Below, one piece after another: positions 25,209-34,263 of a DNA stretch of 64,000 bases. This DNA comes from an uncultured Armatimonadetes bacterium (GTDB taxonomy: Bacteria; Armatimonadota; UBA5829; DTJY01): contig OY970325.1 in assembly GCA_963717145.1 (NCBI GenBank), positions 3,010,448-3,074,447 on the forward strand, read 5' to 3'. Numbering within the stretch: the first letter of the stretch is position 1; every line of letters begins with the position of its first letter. Both the position numbers and the translations under genes were made by a program. The notes under the pieces were generated by a model. It had not been told where the DNA came from, made no database searches, and was given only the letters and a program-made list of their open reading frames with translations.

Positions 25209-28200
25209 CTACCTGGCCAGATGTCTTGGGCTGGGCGTCTCCAGCGGTTCCAGGCTTTGGATCACGCCGGCCAATTGCTCCAAGATGATGATATCGTCTT
25301 GTGTCCTTGGCAACAGGACATTCACGAGATTGCCCTGATAGAACTCACAGCTCGAGATGCCGGTTACGGAGACGAGAGAACCTCTGGATGGGACCAGGAG
25401 GCCCGGCGCTTCGACGTAGACGCCGATCGTTCCGGTGCCATCCTGCACTCCCGAGCCGTCGTCTAGGTAGAACCAGTCCTGCCTTCCGCAGGCAGTCACC
25501 CTGCCCCACACTCTGGTCAGCAGACCGACGTTGTTGGACCCGAATGATCCGAAGATCCCCTGCTGTCCTGTGCCGGTTGCGGGGTCGAATTGCCAGTCAC
25601 CTCCGCCGAGCGTTTTGTGGGTCATGCCAACGGGGCCGATGCTGCCAATGCCGGTACGCATGATGAAGTTCGGGACCAGGCACTTCTCGCCGTTGGAATC
25701 CACCATCGTGAGGCCACTCACGAAGGCCGTATCGCCGACTTGGAGCAACGAATCGCTCGACTCCACCCGGATCCCCGAGGATCGGTCCTTCGCTTCGAGA
25801 TAGAAGCAGTCGTCGAAAGCCGCGGTGACGATGGCGTCTTCGACATTCAGGGGCGTCCCGGACGTGGCGGATTTCGCGCCGGATACCGAGATGAATTGCC
25901 TGGTGACAGCCTGCTCGGTCCCGCCGAACGCGCCCATGTCGATCCGGCTTCCGTCCGGGTCCTGCATCGTGGGATCGCCTGTATCGATGCAGGGGCTCGT
26001 GAAGCCCAGATGGAAGTCACCGTTCGCCGCATCGACAAACTGAGGGTCGAGGCTCAGGCTGTTCGCATCGCGACCAGTCGCCGCTTGCCAAGCGGATAGA
26101 GTCGGGTAGTTGACGTTCTGCAACTGGCCGACGTAGGCGCCGTTGGTCACGGAAAAGTCGTTGTAGTCAGAGAGGTTGAACCCAACCCACGAAAGCACTC
26201 CGAAGCTGTCCGGGCCGTCGGCACAGATGATGTTGTTCAGGAGGGTGGTGTTTGTGTTCCATAGGGTCCGGACTCCTCTGCGGTTGCCTGCGACCGTGCA
26301 GTTGCGCACTGTCACGTTGCGGGACTCGATCGTGATACCCGTGCCGTCATACTCATCCGTCGCATTTGCGGCTATGCAGTTCTCCAGCCGAGCGCTCTCG
26401 GCTGCAATTGAGAACCCTGAATAACGGTTGCCGTCCGCCTCACATCGGCTCAGCGCGCAACCCGTGCCATAGACTCGTATCCCGGTAGCAGCACCGGTTA
26501 CCTTCATCCACCGCTGAGCCACGCCGGGATACCTGTCGCTCGTCGCGGTCGCCAGTGTCACAAAGCCCCCGTCGATCTGCCAGACTATCGACTCCCACGA
26601 CTCCTCGCCATTCCGGCTCAGGATGACTCCATACGGCGACGCCTCGAAGGTCACTGGGGATGTATCCGATCCCTGGTCGGCATCGGACACTACTATGTTG
26701 GCGCTCAGGAGGTAGGTCCCCGTGTCGATACGGACCGTGTCGCCCGGCTCGAGGTCATATGAGTCGAGAATCGCCTGCACGCTTGCCTTCGGATGATCCG
26801 GATCGGCCCCATGGTTCGAGTCATCGCCGGGAGCCGTACACCATTCGTCGGTCGTCGTCGAGACATCGTTGACGTAGAAGAGAATATCCTCTCCCAGCCG
26901 GAACTCGAGCGGACTGGCCGCAGATACGCTCTCATCCTGGACACAGATCACGGCCACACGGTATCGAGCACCGGGAGTCAACCCGCTGATGTCCCAGTCG
27001 TAGTCGCCCGAGGCGGGGTTAGCCGTGCCGGGGACATCCGTCCATGTGGACCCGCTGTCTGAGGAGTATGCGAACCGCACGGTGTCTCCCGCCTGCCAGC
27101 CGGTTCCCACTGACGTCCAGCGAACCTTCACCGGGACCGACAGGTCGAGGAAGTTCTCACCGCCGATCGGTGCATACACCCACAACTCCCGGCCCGCAGG
27201 GGTCGGTGACGACTGCTCCGTGCCGCCGTAAGCGCCCATGTCGATCCGGCTTCCGTCCGGATCCTGCATGGTCGGGTCGCCGGTGTCGATACACGGGCTC
27301 GTCGGCCCCAGGTGGAAGTCACCATTCGCCGGGTCAACGAACTGAGGATCGAGGCTCAGGCTGTTGGCATCGAACCCGGAGGTCAGTCGCCAGTTGTTCA
27401 GTGTCCGGCAGTTCACCTCATTGAACCGGCCGAGGTATGCTCCATTCGTGGCATACACGTCGTTGTAGTCGCATGCGGTCACCGAACACCAGTTGACAAC
27501 CAACCCATACTTGTCCTGGCCGTCCGCGCAGATCACGTTGTTCAGCAGACTCACAGTCGCCACGTACGCGCTAAGGCCGGTTCTGCCACTGCCGGAGACA
27601 GTACAATTCCGAACGGTCACGCTGCCGTATAGGACGGCAATGCCTGTGCCGCTATCTGAGTCCGTTGTGTTCGCGGCCACACAGCTCTCCAACAGGCAGT
27701 CCTGCGCCTCGATGTGGAACCCGGTGTACTCGTTGCCGTTCGCCTCAAGCCGACTCAACTTGCAGCCCTCGCCATACACCATGACCGCGTGGAAGGCGCC
27801 CGTTATACGCATCCATCGCTGAGGAATGGCAGGATATTTCGAACTCTCAGCAGTCGTCAGGGTCACATAGCTGCCCTCGATGAGCCACCCGGCTCCTCCC
27901 TCGGTGCTGCCCCGGTCGATAGTCACCCCATACGGCGACGCCTCAAATGTGACCTGAGCCTCCGCCGATCCCTGGTCGGCCATGGACACCGCGATGTCGG
28001 CGCTCAGATCGTAGGTACCTGTGTCGATACGGACAGCGTCGCCCGGTTCGAGGTCATAGGTGTTGAGGATCGCCTGCACGCTTGCCTTCGGGTGATCCGG
28101 ATCCGTCCCGTGGTTCGAGTCATCGCCGGGGACCGTACACCATTCGTCGGTCGTCGTCGAGGAATCGTTCACGTAGAAGCGAATGTCCCTCCCCAAGCGG

Positions 28201-29165
28201 AAGTCGAATGGACTGGCGGCCGACAAGCTTTCGTCTTGGACGCAGATCACGGCCACATGGTAACGCGCGCCGGGAGTCAACCCGCTGATGTCCCAGTCGT
28301 AGGTCCCCAGGGCGGCTTCGGCCGTGCCGGGGATATCCGTCCACGTGGCCCCACTGTCCGCCGAATATGCGAAGCGCACGGTGTCTCCGGGCTGCCAGCC
28401 CGATCCAGGAGCGGTCCAGCGGATGGTGACAGGAACTGCCTGGTCGAGGAAGTTCTCACCGCCGATCGGCGCATACAACCACAACGCCCGGCCCGCAGGG
28501 GTCGGTGATGACTGCTCCGTCCCGCCGTAAGCGCCCAGGTCGATCCGGCTTCCGTCCGGATCCTGCATCGTCGGATCGCCGGTGTCGATACACGGGCTCG
28601 TCGGCGCCAGGTGGAAGTCACCGTTCGCCGGGTCAACGAACTGAGGGTGGAGGCTCAGGCTGTGGGCGTCGAACCCGGAGGCCGGACGCCAACTGTTCAG
28701 AGTCGGGCAGTTCGTACCATTGAACTCGCAGACGTAAGCTCCATTCACGGCATACAGGTCGTTGTAGTCACAGACATTCACTGAACACCAGCGAACCAGC
28801 AACGCGTGGTCATCCTGGCCATCCGCGCAGATGATGTTGTTCTCAAGGGTGACAGTTGCATAAAACAGGCTTAGACCGGCCCTGCCGTTGCTGGAGATCG
28901 TGCAGTTGCGAACCGTCACGGAACCATTGTAGGCGTCGATGCCTGTGCCGTGGTCGTCATGTGCGTTGTTCGAGGCCACGCAGTTCTCGATCAAGGTGTC
29001 GTTAGCGTTGAGGGAAAAACCTGCATAGAGGTTGCCGTCTGCTACGCATCGCCTGAACGCGCATCCCGAGCCGAGGACATAGACGCCATAGTCAGCGCCG
29101 GTTATTCGCATCCATCGCTCCGCGAGGCCGGGGTATTTGTCCACCGCCGCCGTGGTAAGGGTCAC
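25209..29165 (-). CDS. giant repeat-modular beta-helix surface protein, C-terminal 1,318 aa (same gene as 29162..30883; frame break near 29205-29216)
   Basis: Contains modules 2 (part), 3 and 4. Each module has an Ig-like segment (GWQAGDTVRFAYS.DSG..WTD..G...YDWDISGLTPGARY), a DPDHPKASVQAIL..YDLEPGD head and parallel beta-helix repeats (VRNCT.SG.GR.GL, NNIICADG). A unique ~290-aa tail follows. Confidence 0.85.
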   Translation of the reverse strand: MTLTTAAVDKYPGLAERWMRITGADYGVYVLGSGCAFRRCVADGNLYAGFSLNANDTLIENCVASNNAHDDHGTGIDAYNGSVTVRNCTISSNGRAGLSLFYATVTLENNIICADGQDDHALLVRWCSVNVCDYNDLYAVNGAYVCEFNGTNCPTLNSWRPASGFDAHSLSLHPQFVDPANGDFHLAPTSPCIDTGDPTMQDPDGSRIDLGAYGGTEQSSPTPAGRALWLYAPIGGENFLDQAVPVTIRWTAPGSGWQPGDTVRFAYSADSGATWTDIPGTAEAALGTYDWDISGLTPGARYHVAVICVQDESLSAASPFDFRLGRDIRFYVNDSSTTTDEWCTVPGDDSNHGTDPDHPKASVQAILNTYDLEPGDAVRIDTGTYDLSADIAVSMADQGSAEAQVTFEASPYGVTIDRGSTEGGAGWLIEGSYVTLTTAESSKYPAIPQRWMRITGAFHAVMVYGEGCKLSRLEANGNEYTGFHIEAQDCLLESCVAANTTDSDSGTGIAVLYGSVTVRNCTVSGSGRTGLSAYVATVSLLNNVICADGQDKYGLVVNWCSVTACDYNDVYATNGAYLGRFNEVNCRTLNNWRLTSGFDANSLSLDPQFVDPANGDFHLGPTSPCIDTGDPTMQDPDGSRIDMGAYGGTEQSSPTPAGRELWVYAPIGGENFLDLSVPVKVRWTSVGTGWQAGDTVRFAYSSDSGSTWTDVPGTANPASGDYDWDISGLTPGARYRVAVICVQDESVSAASPLEFRLGEDILFYVNDVSTTTDEWCTAPGDDSNHGADPDHPKASVQAILDSYDLEPGDTVRIDTGTYLLSANIVVSDADQGSDTSPVTFEASPYGVILSRNGEESWESIVWQIDGGFVTLATATSDRYPGVAQRWMKVTGAATGIRVYGTGCALSRCEADGNRYSGFSIAAESARLENCIAANATDEYDGTGITIESRNVTVRNCTVAGNRRGVRTLWNTNTTLLNNIICADGPDSFGVLSWVGFNLSDYNDFSVTNGAYVGQLQNVNYPTLSAWQAATGRDANSLSLDPQFVDAANGDFHLGFTSPCIDTGDPTMQDPDGSRIDMGAFGGTEQAVTRQFISVSGAKSATSGTPLNVEDAIVTAAFDDCFYLEAKDRSSGIRVESSDSLLQVGDTAFVSGLTMVDSNGEKCLVPNFIMRTGIGSIGPVGMTHKTLGGGDWQFDPATGTGQQGIFGSFGSNNVGLLTRVWGRVTACGRQDWFYLDDGSGVQDGTGTIGVYVEAPGLLVPSRGSLVSVTGISSCEFYQGNLVNVLLPRTQDDIIILEQLAGVIQSLEPLETPSPRHLAR

Positions 29166-30790
29166 GTAGCTGCCCTCGATCTTCCAGGCAAAACGATTCG
29201 AGGTTCCCCGACTCGGTTGATGGTCACCCCATACGGCGATGCCTCGAAGGTGACCGGAGCATCCACCGATCCCTGATCAGCCGTGGACACCACGATGTTG
29301 GCGCTCAAGTCGTAAGTCCCGGTGTCAATGCGGACGATATCCCCCGGTTCGAGGTCATACGTGTTGAGGATCGCCTGCACGCTCGCCTTCGGGTGATCCG
29401 GATCCGTCCCGTGGTTCGAGTCGTCGCCGGGCGCGAAGCACCACTCGTCGTTCACATTCAGACCATCGTTGACGTAGAAACTCAGGCCACTCCTGATTCG
29501 AAAGTCGCCGGGACATGCGGCCAACGCGCTCTCGTCCTGGACGCATATCACCGCTATCCGGTAACGCGCGCCGGGAGTCAACCCGCTGATGTCCCAGTCG
29601 TAGCTCCCAGAGGCGGCATCAACCGCACCGGGGATATCAGTCCATGAGACGCCGCTATCGGCCGAATACGCGAACCGCACCGTGTCTCCCGCCTGCCATC
29701 CGGTTCCCACAGATACCCACTCAATGCGGACCGACATCTGGTCCGGGAAGGTCTCCCCGCCGATTGGGGCGCGCAGCCAGAGACGCCGACCCGGAGGAGT
29801 CGGTGATGACTGCTCCGTGCCGCCATAAGCACCCATGTCGATCCGGCTTCCGTCCGGATCCAGCATGGTGGGATCGCCGGTGTCGATGCAGGGGCTCGCC
29901 GGCGATAGATGGAAATCACCGCTCCCTGCATCCGTAAACTGAGGATCGAGGCTCAGGCTGTTTGCATCGAGGTTCGAGGCCAGACGCCAACTGCTCAACG
30001 TCAGGTAGTCTACACCGTCGAGTTGGCCGACCCTCGCTCCGTTGGTTGCATGGAAGTCATTGAAATCGCTGACGGTGATCGAACACCAACTGAGGACAAA
30101 CCCATAGCTGTTTGGTCCGTCGGCACAGATGATGTTGTTCAGCAGAACCACAGTTTCTCCATACAGGTTCAGCCCGATCCTTCCCTGCCCTGAAATCGTG
30201 CAGTTGCGAATGGTTGCGCTGGAACCATAATCAGCCGTAATCCCGCTCCCACCTTCCTCGGACACAGCCACACAGTCTTCCAGCAGGGTATTCGCCACAT
30301 AGTACCCGGCGTAGATACCCACGTTTGTGTTGCCGGACGCCTCGCACCGGCTCACGGTGCACTGAGAACCATGGACCATGACGCCATAGTCAGCGCCGGT
30401 TACCTTCATCCATCGCTGCTCGACGCCCGGATACTTATCGCTCGCAGCGGTGGTCAGAGTGATGTACCAGCCCCCGAGTTTCCAGGCCATCCCGTCCGGA
30501 TCGGTGCTGCCCCGATCGAATGTCACTCCATAGGGGGACGCTTCGAATGTGACCGGCGCATCAGCCGACCCGCTATCGTCAGCCGCTACGACAGTGTCGC
30601 CGGATAGTGCGTATACACCCGTATCCATGTGAACGATGTCGCCCGGCTCGAGATCATACTCATCGAGAATCGACTGAACGCTCGCCTTGGGGTGATCCGG
30701 ATCCGCTCCCGTGCTCGAATCGTCGCCAGGCGCAGTACACCAGTTGTCGTTGGTGGTGGAGGCGTCGTTGACGTACAGATCCCTGTGACT
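26080..30790. repeat. four tandem ~1.3-kb coding repeats inside the giant gene
   Basis: The landmark G[G/A]TGATCCGG recurs at 30691, 29392, 28091 and 26792, giving periods of 1299, 1301 and 1299 nt. Aligned stretches I compared are roughly 85-95% identical. The outer boundaries are approximate. Confidence 0.8.
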
Positions 30791-30883
30791 GGATGTACCC
30801 GGAGAAGCCGATGATCGCGCGGGAAACTGCATCACGATGCACACGGCCAGAAGAATCAAGAAGGCAAGTCTCGAACGTCTCAT
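29162..30883 (-). CDS. giant repeat-modular beta-helix surface protein, N-terminal 573 aa with signal peptide
   Basis: MRRSRLAFLILLAVCIVMQFPARSSA signal peptide, module 1 and the start of module 2. The last ~17 codons (VGEPRIVLPGRSRAAT*) are out of frame relative to the repeat consensus. Confidence 0.85.
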   Translation of the reverse strand: MRRSRLAFLILLAVCIVMQFPARSSASPGTSSHRDLYVNDASTTNDNWCTAPGDDSSTGADPDHPKASVQSILDEYDLEPGDIVHMDTGVYALSGDTVVAADDSGSADAPVTFEASPYGVTFDRGSTDPDGMAWKLGGWYITLTTAASDKYPGVEQRWMKVTGADYGVMVHGSQCTVSRCEASGNTNVGIYAGYYVANTLLEDCVAVSEEGGSGITADYGSSATIRNCTISGQGRIGLNLYGETVVLLNNIICADGPNSYGFVLSWCSITVSDFNDFHATNGARVGQLDGVDYLTLSSWRLASNLDANSLSLDPQFTDAGSGDFHLSPASPCIDTGDPTMLDPDGSRIDMGAYGGTEQSSPTPPGRRLWLRAPIGGETFPDQMSVRIEWVSVGTGWQAGDTVRFAYSADSGVSWTDIPGAVDAASGSYDWDISGLTPGARYRIAVICVQDESALAACPGDFRIRSGLSFYVNDGLNVNDEWCFAPGDDSNHGTDPDHPKASVQAILNTYDLEPGDIVRIDTGTYDLSANIVVSTADQGSVDAPVTFEASPYGVTINRVGEPRIVLPGRSRAAT

Positions 30884-31114
30884 TCCTGAAGACCTCCCAA
30901 GAACTGCTTGTAACAGAGATCAAAGGGTTCTTCACCGGCGTGCGAGGTTGCGAGATGCGCCGGGGTCCCGATGAGCGGCACACGTATGTTAACGCCGTAA
31001 TGTCCGGGCTGTCAACGCCCTGACGAAAAACTGGTAAAAATACCGGGGATGGCTCGTAGTCCGCAGAGCAGGTGAGCGCACTCCAGCCTGTCCTGGGTTT
31101 GAGGAGAAATGCAT

Positions 31115-31189
31115 GGCGCCCCGACAGGACTCGAACCTGTGCTTCGGGCTCCGGAGGCCCGCACTCTATCCGCTGAGCTACGGGGGCGC
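31115..31189 (-). tRNA. tRNA-Arg (anticodon CCG)
   Basis: Reverse complement: GCGCCCCCGTAGCTCAGCGGATAGAGTGCGGGCCTCCGGAGCCCGAAGCACAGGTTCGAGTCCTGTCGGGGCGCC. D arm GCTC/GAGT; anticodon arm CGGGC-CTCCGGA-GCCCG; T arm ACAGG-TTCGAGT-CCTGT. The acceptor stem is canonical only if the 5' C-run is 4 rather than 5. No CCA is encoded. Confidence 0.85.
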
Positions 31190-31229
31190 GTGTTTGTATG
31201 CAGTATCTTACCAAATCCGGGCCGAGGTG

Positions 31230-31430
31230 TCAATCTGAGGCGCTATTGGGACGGAGCGACTTCAGGCGGCGCTCGAACTCATCGCGGGCGAGCATGACTC
31301 GGCGGGCGCACTTGAGGCACTTCATGCCGATGTCCGCGCCGATGCGGGTGACCTCCCACTCCAGGCTCCCGCACGGATGGGGCTTTCTCATGGTGGCGAT
31401 ATCACCGACTTTGACGGCAATTGGACTCAT
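31230..31430 (-). CDS. DUF951-family small protein
   Basis: 66 aa. VGDIATMRKPHPCGSLEWEVTRIGADIGMKCLKCARRVMLARDEFERRLK matches the DUF951 pattern. It overlaps the rluD stop by 4 nt. Confidence 0.8.
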   Translation of the reverse strand: MSPIAVKVGDIATMRKPHPCGSLEWEVTRIGADIGMKCLKCARRVMLARDEFERRLKSLRPNSASD

Positions 31431-32392
31431 GATTCGCTCCGCAGATGCTGCACCAGGGCCTGCATGTCGTCCGGCATGGGGGACGTGAACTCCATGCGCT
31501 CGCCGGTACGCGGGTGATCGAAGCTGAGCCGGAATGCGTGAAGCGCCTGACCGCGCAGGTTGCCGATAAGACGATTGACCTCCTGCACGAACTCCCTGCC
31601 CCCGGACTCGAGCCGACGGTGGCCGGAATAGACCGGGTCGCCGACGACCGGGTGATGGGCATATGCCGAGTGGACGCGGACCTGGTGCGTGCGCCCGGTC
31701 TGGAGCTTGGCCTCGATGAGAGTTATCGGCCCTAAGCGCTCCTTGACGTGCAACTCGGTCACGGCGGACCTCGATCTGTGAGCGGACGATTCGATCACCG
31801 CCATCTTCTTCCGGTCAGCGGGATGCCGACCGATCGGCGCGTCCACGACGGCGTCCGTCCACTTCGGATTACCCCACACGAGCGCCAGATACCTTCGCTC
31901 GGCGCTGCGGGCCTGAATCTGTTTCTGGAGACTCTGATAGGCGGCATCGTTCTTGGCGACTACCATCACGCCGGATGTGTCCTTGTCGAGCCGGTGGACG
32001 ATGCCGGGCCGCTCGACCCCGCCGACCGATGCCAGTCCCTTGCAGTGTGCGAGGAGCGCATTCACGAGCGTGCCATCCCGAGAGCCGGGGGCCGGGTGGA
32101 CGACCATCCCTTTCGGTTTGTCGATCACGATGAGATCGTCGTCCTCATAGATGATGTCGAGCGGGATCTCCTCCGGCTGAGCGTGGGCCGGTTTCGGGGC
32201 CGGCACCGAGTACGCGATCACGTCCCCTGCCCTGACCTTGTACGACGGCTTCTCTGATGATCCGCTGACCGTGACGCATCCGTCCTCGATCAGCTTGGCG
32301 AACATCGAGCGCGTGATCTCGGGCGTGTTGCCGGCAAGGTAGGCATCCAATCGGCGGCCGGACTGATCCTCGGTGACAATCAATTCGGGCAT
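31427..32392 (-). CDS. rluD: 23S rRNA pseudouridine synthase RluD family
   Basis: 321 aa. N-terminal S4 domain, and the catalytic motif HRLDKDTSGVMVVAK. Confidence 0.9.
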   Translation of the reverse strand: MPELIVTEDQSGRRLDAYLAGNTPEITRSMFAKLIEDGCVTVSGSSEKPSYKVRAGDVIAYSVPAPKPAHAQPEEIPLDIIYEDDDLIVIDKPKGMVVHPAPGSRDGTLVNALLAHCKGLASVGGVERPGIVHRLDKDTSGVMVVAKNDAAYQSLQKQIQARSAERRYLALVWGNPKWTDAVVDAPIGRHPADRKKMAVIESSAHRSRSAVTELHVKERLGPITLIEAKLQTGRTHQVRVHSAYAHHPVVGDPVYSGHRRLESGGREFVQEVNRLIGNLRGQALHAFRLSFDHPRTGERMEFTSPMPDDMQALVQHLRSES

Positions 32393-32398
32393 CGGTGT

Positions 32399-33238
32399 TC
32401 AGCTCCCGTGGACCTTTCGAATTTCGGATTTCGGATTTGGGATTCCGGACATCAGGGACTCGCTCCTGCGAGAACGGACCCACAGGAAGGCAGACGCACC
32501 TACGATCATCAGGATGGAGACCACCTGCGCCTCAGTGAGTCCGGCAAAGGCGACGTCGGCGGTGATGCCCTTTCGTGGAAACTCGACCAGGAACCGATAG
32601 ATGCCGTACAGGGCGACGTAGCTGAAGAAGACCTGCCCGCCGAATCTGCGATGCCTCTCGATCCACACTAGGATGCCGAAGATCGCGAAACTGGCGAGCA
32701 TCGCGTATACCTGCGTCGGGTGGCTCGGCTGCGTCAACTGGCCGCCATCGGACATGAATCTCACCGCCCAGGGGAGATCCGTCGGGCAGCCGTAACAGCA
32801 TCCGTTGAGGAAGCATCCGATCCGCGCGATCCCGTATCCGAGCGCGAGTCCCGGCGAGAAGAGGTCGATCACATTGAGAAACAACAAGCCCTTCCGTCGC
32901 GCATAGATGTACGCCGCCAGCATCCCACCGGCGAACCCGCCGTGGAACGACAGCCCGCGGAGTCCGCCCTCCGCGGAGAACATGCCGCTCCAGAGCCCGC
33001 CGATCTCAGACGGGTTGCGAAGGTAGTACGGCAGATCGAGGGCAATCGAGGTCAGATGCGCGAACACGATCCCGAGGAGCAGTGCGTAGATCGAGATATC
33101 CACCACCTGATCGGAGGTCAGGCCACTGCGCTTCGACGCCCTGAGCGTGCGTAGGAGTCCCGCGAGAAGGGCGAACCACAGCATCAGGCCGTAGGCCCTG
33201 ATTGGAATCGGACCGATCTTGAAGAGAACTGAATGCAA
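32399..33238 (-). CDS. lgt: prolipoprotein diacylglyceryl transferase
   Basis: 279 aa. FKIGPIPIRAYGLM..., multiple TM helices, and GRIGCFLNGCCYG. TTG start. Confidence 0.9.
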   Translation of the reverse strand: MHSVLFKIGPIPIRAYGLMLWFALLAGLLRTLRASKRSGLTSDQVVDISIYALLLGIVFAHLTSIALDLPYYLRNPSEIGGLWSGMFSAEGGLRGLSFHGGFAGGMLAAYIYARRKGLLFLNVIDLFSPGLALGYGIARIGCFLNGCCYGCPTDLPWAVRFMSDGGQLTQPSHPTQVYAMLASFAIFGILVWIERHRRFGGQVFFSYVALYGIYRFLVEFPRKGITADVAFAGLTEAQVVSILMIVGASAFLWVRSRRSESLMSGIPNPKSEIRKVHGS

Positions 33239-33241
33239 TGC

Positions 33242-33739
33242 CTACCTCTTTGCGGGCTCGGAATCGGCCAGGGGAGCATCCCCGATCTGATCTGGAGCGG
33301 TCCTGCCACAAAGGACGAGATACGACGCGAGGAGCAGGATGCCGATCGTGATCGACATATCGGCAAAGTTGAAGATCGGCCACACCTGCAGGTTGATGAA
33401 GTCCACAACGTGCCCGTAGCGCAGCCGATCGATCAGATTCCCCAGAGCGCCGCCGAGTTGGAGCGCCAGTGAGATACCGATCAGCGGGCTGAGCGGCACA
33501 CCTCGTCGGCTGATGATCACTATTCCGGCGACGACGACGAGCGAGATGATAGTGAGGGGGATCGCCCCCGACTGGAAGAGGCCGAATGCGCCACCGGGGT
33601 TGCGCACCAGCGTGATCTCGACTGGACCGAACAGAGGCACTGAACCTCCGTAGGGCACGCGGGAAACCACGAACAGCTTGGCAATCTGATCGACTGCGGC
33701 CAGGGCCAGTGCAATTGTGTAAATGTGTACTGCTCTCAA
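33242..33739 (-). CDS. lspA: lipoprotein signal peptidase II
   Basis: ...VRNPGGAFGL...GGALGNLIDRLRYGHVVDFI...WPIFNFADMSI. The likely TTG start at 33739 overlaps the upstream stop (cTTGAg). The track ORF extends further upstream over the DksA-like gene. Confidence 0.85.
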   Translation of the reverse strand: MRAVHIYTIALALAAVDQIAKLFVVSRVPYGGSVPLFGPVEITLVRNPGGAFGLFQSGAIPLTIISLVVVAGIVIISRRGVPLSPLIGISLALQLGGALGNLIDRLRYGHVVDFINLQVWPIFNFADMSITIGILLLASYLVLCGRTAPDQIGDAPLADSEPAKR

Positions 33740-34104
33740 GTTCCCTCGATTACGTCCTGGCACTCGACGCAGTAGATCGCCCACGGACGGGCATCCAGTC
33801 GTCCGATGGGGATCTCCCGCCCGCACCGGTCACACTGACCATACGTGTTCCGCTCGATCTTACCGAGTGCCTCATCGATCTTCCCGATCTCATTGCGCCA
33901 ATTGTCCCGGATGGCCATGTCCTTCTCTTTCTCGAAGGTATCCGTGCCGGAGTCGCCGGGATGGTTGTCATAGTCCGCCAGTTCGCTCTGGGCCTCTGAG
34001 TCGTCAAAGCTTATCTGATGCTCGATGACCTCCATCTCGTCATGGATTCGCAAGCGTTCTTTCTCGAGAATACCCCTGTATTTATCTACGTTCAGATTCC
34101 GCAT
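33736..34104 (-). CDS. DksA/TraR-family C4 zinc-finger protein (YlyA/YteA-like)
   Basis: 122 aa. A coiled N-terminal half, then GQCDRCGREIPIGRLDARPWAIYCVECQ. Confidence 0.8.
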   Translation of the reverse strand: MRNLNVDKYRGILEKERLRIHDEMEVIEHQISFDDSEAQSELADYDNHPGDSGTDTFEKEKDMAIRDNWRNEIGKIDEALGKIERNTYGQCDRCGREIPIGRLDARPWAIYCVECQDVIEGT

Positions 34105-34263
34105 ATGATTCCTCCAAAGTTCGTGCGTAAGAGTTCACGATCGTTGCTAGTTCAACCCACGGGCTGTCAAGGATCGTCAACTCTTACGTTCGCGTCAGTT
34201 CGACCGCCGGGTGTAGCACCTATATACCGCTTCTTGATCTGAGGGAAACCAACCAGTACGAGT

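Noticed and set aside
30660-31297. ORFs 30660..31214, 31012..31233 and 31109..31297, which overlap the tRNA-Arg gene and the adhesin promoter region.
   Set aside because: They overlap a well-folded tRNA and each other, with no RBS or domain signal.
34126-34188. A 17-bp-stem imperfect hairpin (CGTAAGAGTTCACGATC / GATCGTCAACTCTTACG) between rfbD and the DksA-like gene, considered as a regulatory element.
   Set aside because: It has a single mismatch, a 29-nt loop and no U tract, and the motif does not recur in the window. It is probably just another terminator-like or REP-like hairpin, and the evidence is not enough to call a specific function.
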